Origin: Escherichia coli
GTDB lineage: Bacteria; Pseudomonadota; Gammaproteobacteria; Enterobacterales; Enterobacteriaceae
Assembly: GCF_016026235.1 (NCBI RefSeq)
Contig: NZ_CP065613.1
Length of the DNA: 64,000 nucleotides
Direction: 5' to 3' (one strand)
Shown here: piece after piece, positions 62,822 through 64,000 of the stretch
Layout: every line of letters begins with the position of its first letter
Numbering within the stretch: position 1 is the first letter of the stretch
Made by a program: the position numbers and the translations under genes
Notes under the pieces: model-generated
What the model saw: only the letters and a program-made list of their open reading frames with translations
Told to the model about the DNA's origin: nothing
The model's database searches: none

Positions 62822-63607
62822 ATGAACGCAGCATTATGGATCAGCAAAACTGGCCTCTCGGCGCAGGATGCTGAAATGAGCGCGATTGCCAACAACATCG
62901 CCAACGTTAACACCACTGGCTTCAAGCGCGATCGGGTGATGTTTCAGGATCTGTTTTACCAGACCCAGGAAGCGCCGGGGGCGATGCTCGACCAGAACAA
63001 CATCATGCCGACCGGGCTGCAATTCGGTAGCGGCGTGCGCATTGTTGGCACCCAGAAAACCTTCACCGAAGGCAACGTTGAAACCACCGACAACGCGATG
63101 AATGTCGCCATTATGGGGCAGGTTTTTTTGCAGGTGCAAAAGGCCAATGGCGATATTGCCTATACCCGCGATGGCAATTTGCAGGTGAACGCTGACGGCG
63201 TGCTGACCAACTCGCAGGGCTTGCCGTTGCAGCTGGAAATCGACGTTCCGGCAGGGGCGACTAATGTTGCTTTTGGCGAAGACGGCACGGTGACGGCGAT
63301 CTTACCCGGCGACAGCGACGTGACCGAGTTAGGGCAACTGACGCTGGTGAACTTCGCCAACCCGGCGGGGCTTTCCGCCGAGGGCGACAACCTCTATCTG
63401 GAAACCGCCGCCAGCGGTCAGCCGACCGAAGGCGTACCGGGCGAAGATGGGCTTGGCACCTTGCAGGACAACGCCCTGGAAGGCTCAAACGTGGATATTG
63501 TCAACGAAATGGTGGCGATGATTACGGTGCAACGTGCGTACGAGATGAACGCCAAAATGGTGTCGGCGGCGGACGATATGTTGCAGTACATCAGCCAGAC
63601 GCTGTAA
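62822..63607 (+). CDS. lfgG: Lateral flagellar distal rod protein FlgG homolog
   Basis: 261 aa, highly conserved FlgG sequence. Confidence 0.9.
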   Translation: MNAALWISKTGLSAQDAEMSAIANNIANVNTTGFKRDRVMFQDLFYQTQEAPGAMLDQNNIMPTGLQFGSGVRIVGTQKTFTEGNVETTDNAMNVAIMGQVFLQVQKANGDIAYTRDGNLQVNADGVLTNSQGLPLQLEIDVPAGATNVAFGEDGTVTAILPGDSDVTELGQLTLVNFANPAGLSAEGDNLYLETAASGQPTEGVPGEDGLGTLQDNALEGSNVDIVNEMVAMITVQRAYEMNAKMVSAADDMLQYISQTL

Positions 63608-63609
63608 GG

Positions 63610-63660
63610 CGAAATGTCGGATGCGACGCTGACGCGTCTTATCCGACCTACAAAAGCCCA
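63610..63660. repeat. REP element
   Basis: GTCGGATGCGACGCTGACGCGTCTTATCCGACCTAC after lfgG. Confidence 0.6.
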
Positions 63661-63689
63661 TAACTCACTGTATTTAAAACAGGCAGAAC

Positions 63690-64000
63690 GTGAAAAATTA
63701 TCTCTGGCTGGTGGCGCTGCTTCCCCTGCTTAGCGGGTGTGAATCGCAGGCCATTCTGGTCAAAAAAGACGACGCATACTTTGCGCCACCGAAAACCGAA
63801 GCGCCGCCTCCGGCAGACGGGCGTGCCGGGGGCGTATTTGAAACCGGCTACAACTGGTCGCTAACCGCCGATCGGCGGGCTTATCGTGTGGGCGATATCC
63901 TGACGGTGATCCTCGAAGAATCCACCCAGTCGAGCAAACAGGCGAAAACCAACTTCGGCAAAAGCAACACCGTCGATATCGGCGCGCCGACCATTTTTGG
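63690..64000 (+). CDS. lfgH: Lateral flagellar L-ring lipoprotein FlgH homolog, N-terminal part; continues past window end
   Basis: GTG start, signal peptide with lipobox LSGC, then FlgH-like sequence (GVFETGYNWSLTADRRAYRVGDILTVILEE); not in ORF track because truncated. Confidence 0.75.
   Translation, partial: MKNYLWLVALLPLLSGCESQAILVKKDDAYFAPPKTEAPPPADGRAGGVFETGYNWSLTADRRAYRVGDILTVILEESTQSSKQAKTNFGKSNTVDIGAPTIF

Overview
Escherichia coli-type chromosomal segment (REP/BIME elements, yafV-ivy-fadE-gmhA-yafJ-yafK-yafQ-dinJ-yafL-rayT backbone) carrying two accessory systems. (1) Positions 1-26000: a complete type VI secretion cluster on the minus strand (tssM partial, tssA, vasI-like, clpV, tssL, tssK, tssJ, tagH, tssG, tssF, tssE, tssC, tssB), with divergent hcp-vgrG and AT-rich effector cargo: a putative HExxH metallopeptidase-like effector with a downstream immunity candidate, then a vgrG 3-prime fragment with a DUF4123 adaptor, two DUF3304-like lipoprotein genes and a DUF2235 Tle1-like phospholipase. 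(2) Positions 26000-29900: a degenerate junction with H-repeat (ISAs1-type) pseudogene fragments, a duplicated yafV 3-prime end, orphan AT-rich ORFs and an intact IS4-family-like insertion sequence. (3) Positions 38800-64000: the Flag-2 lateral flagellar locus (lfhAB, lfiRQPNM, lafK, lfiEFGHIJ, lfgNMA, lfgBCD, lfgFG, lfgH partial). Its variable region encodes a teichoic-acid-like CDP-glycerol module (TagD-like plus TagF-like/GT2/GT25) and an AT-rich two-gene insert of unknown function, and shows several signs of decay: a second, mutated IS copy interrupting a gene, apparent absence of the hook gene lfgE, and possible frameshifts. All functional calls come from my own reading of the translations and remembered family motifs; no database search was run. 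No rRNA, tRNA or CRISPR array was recognised.
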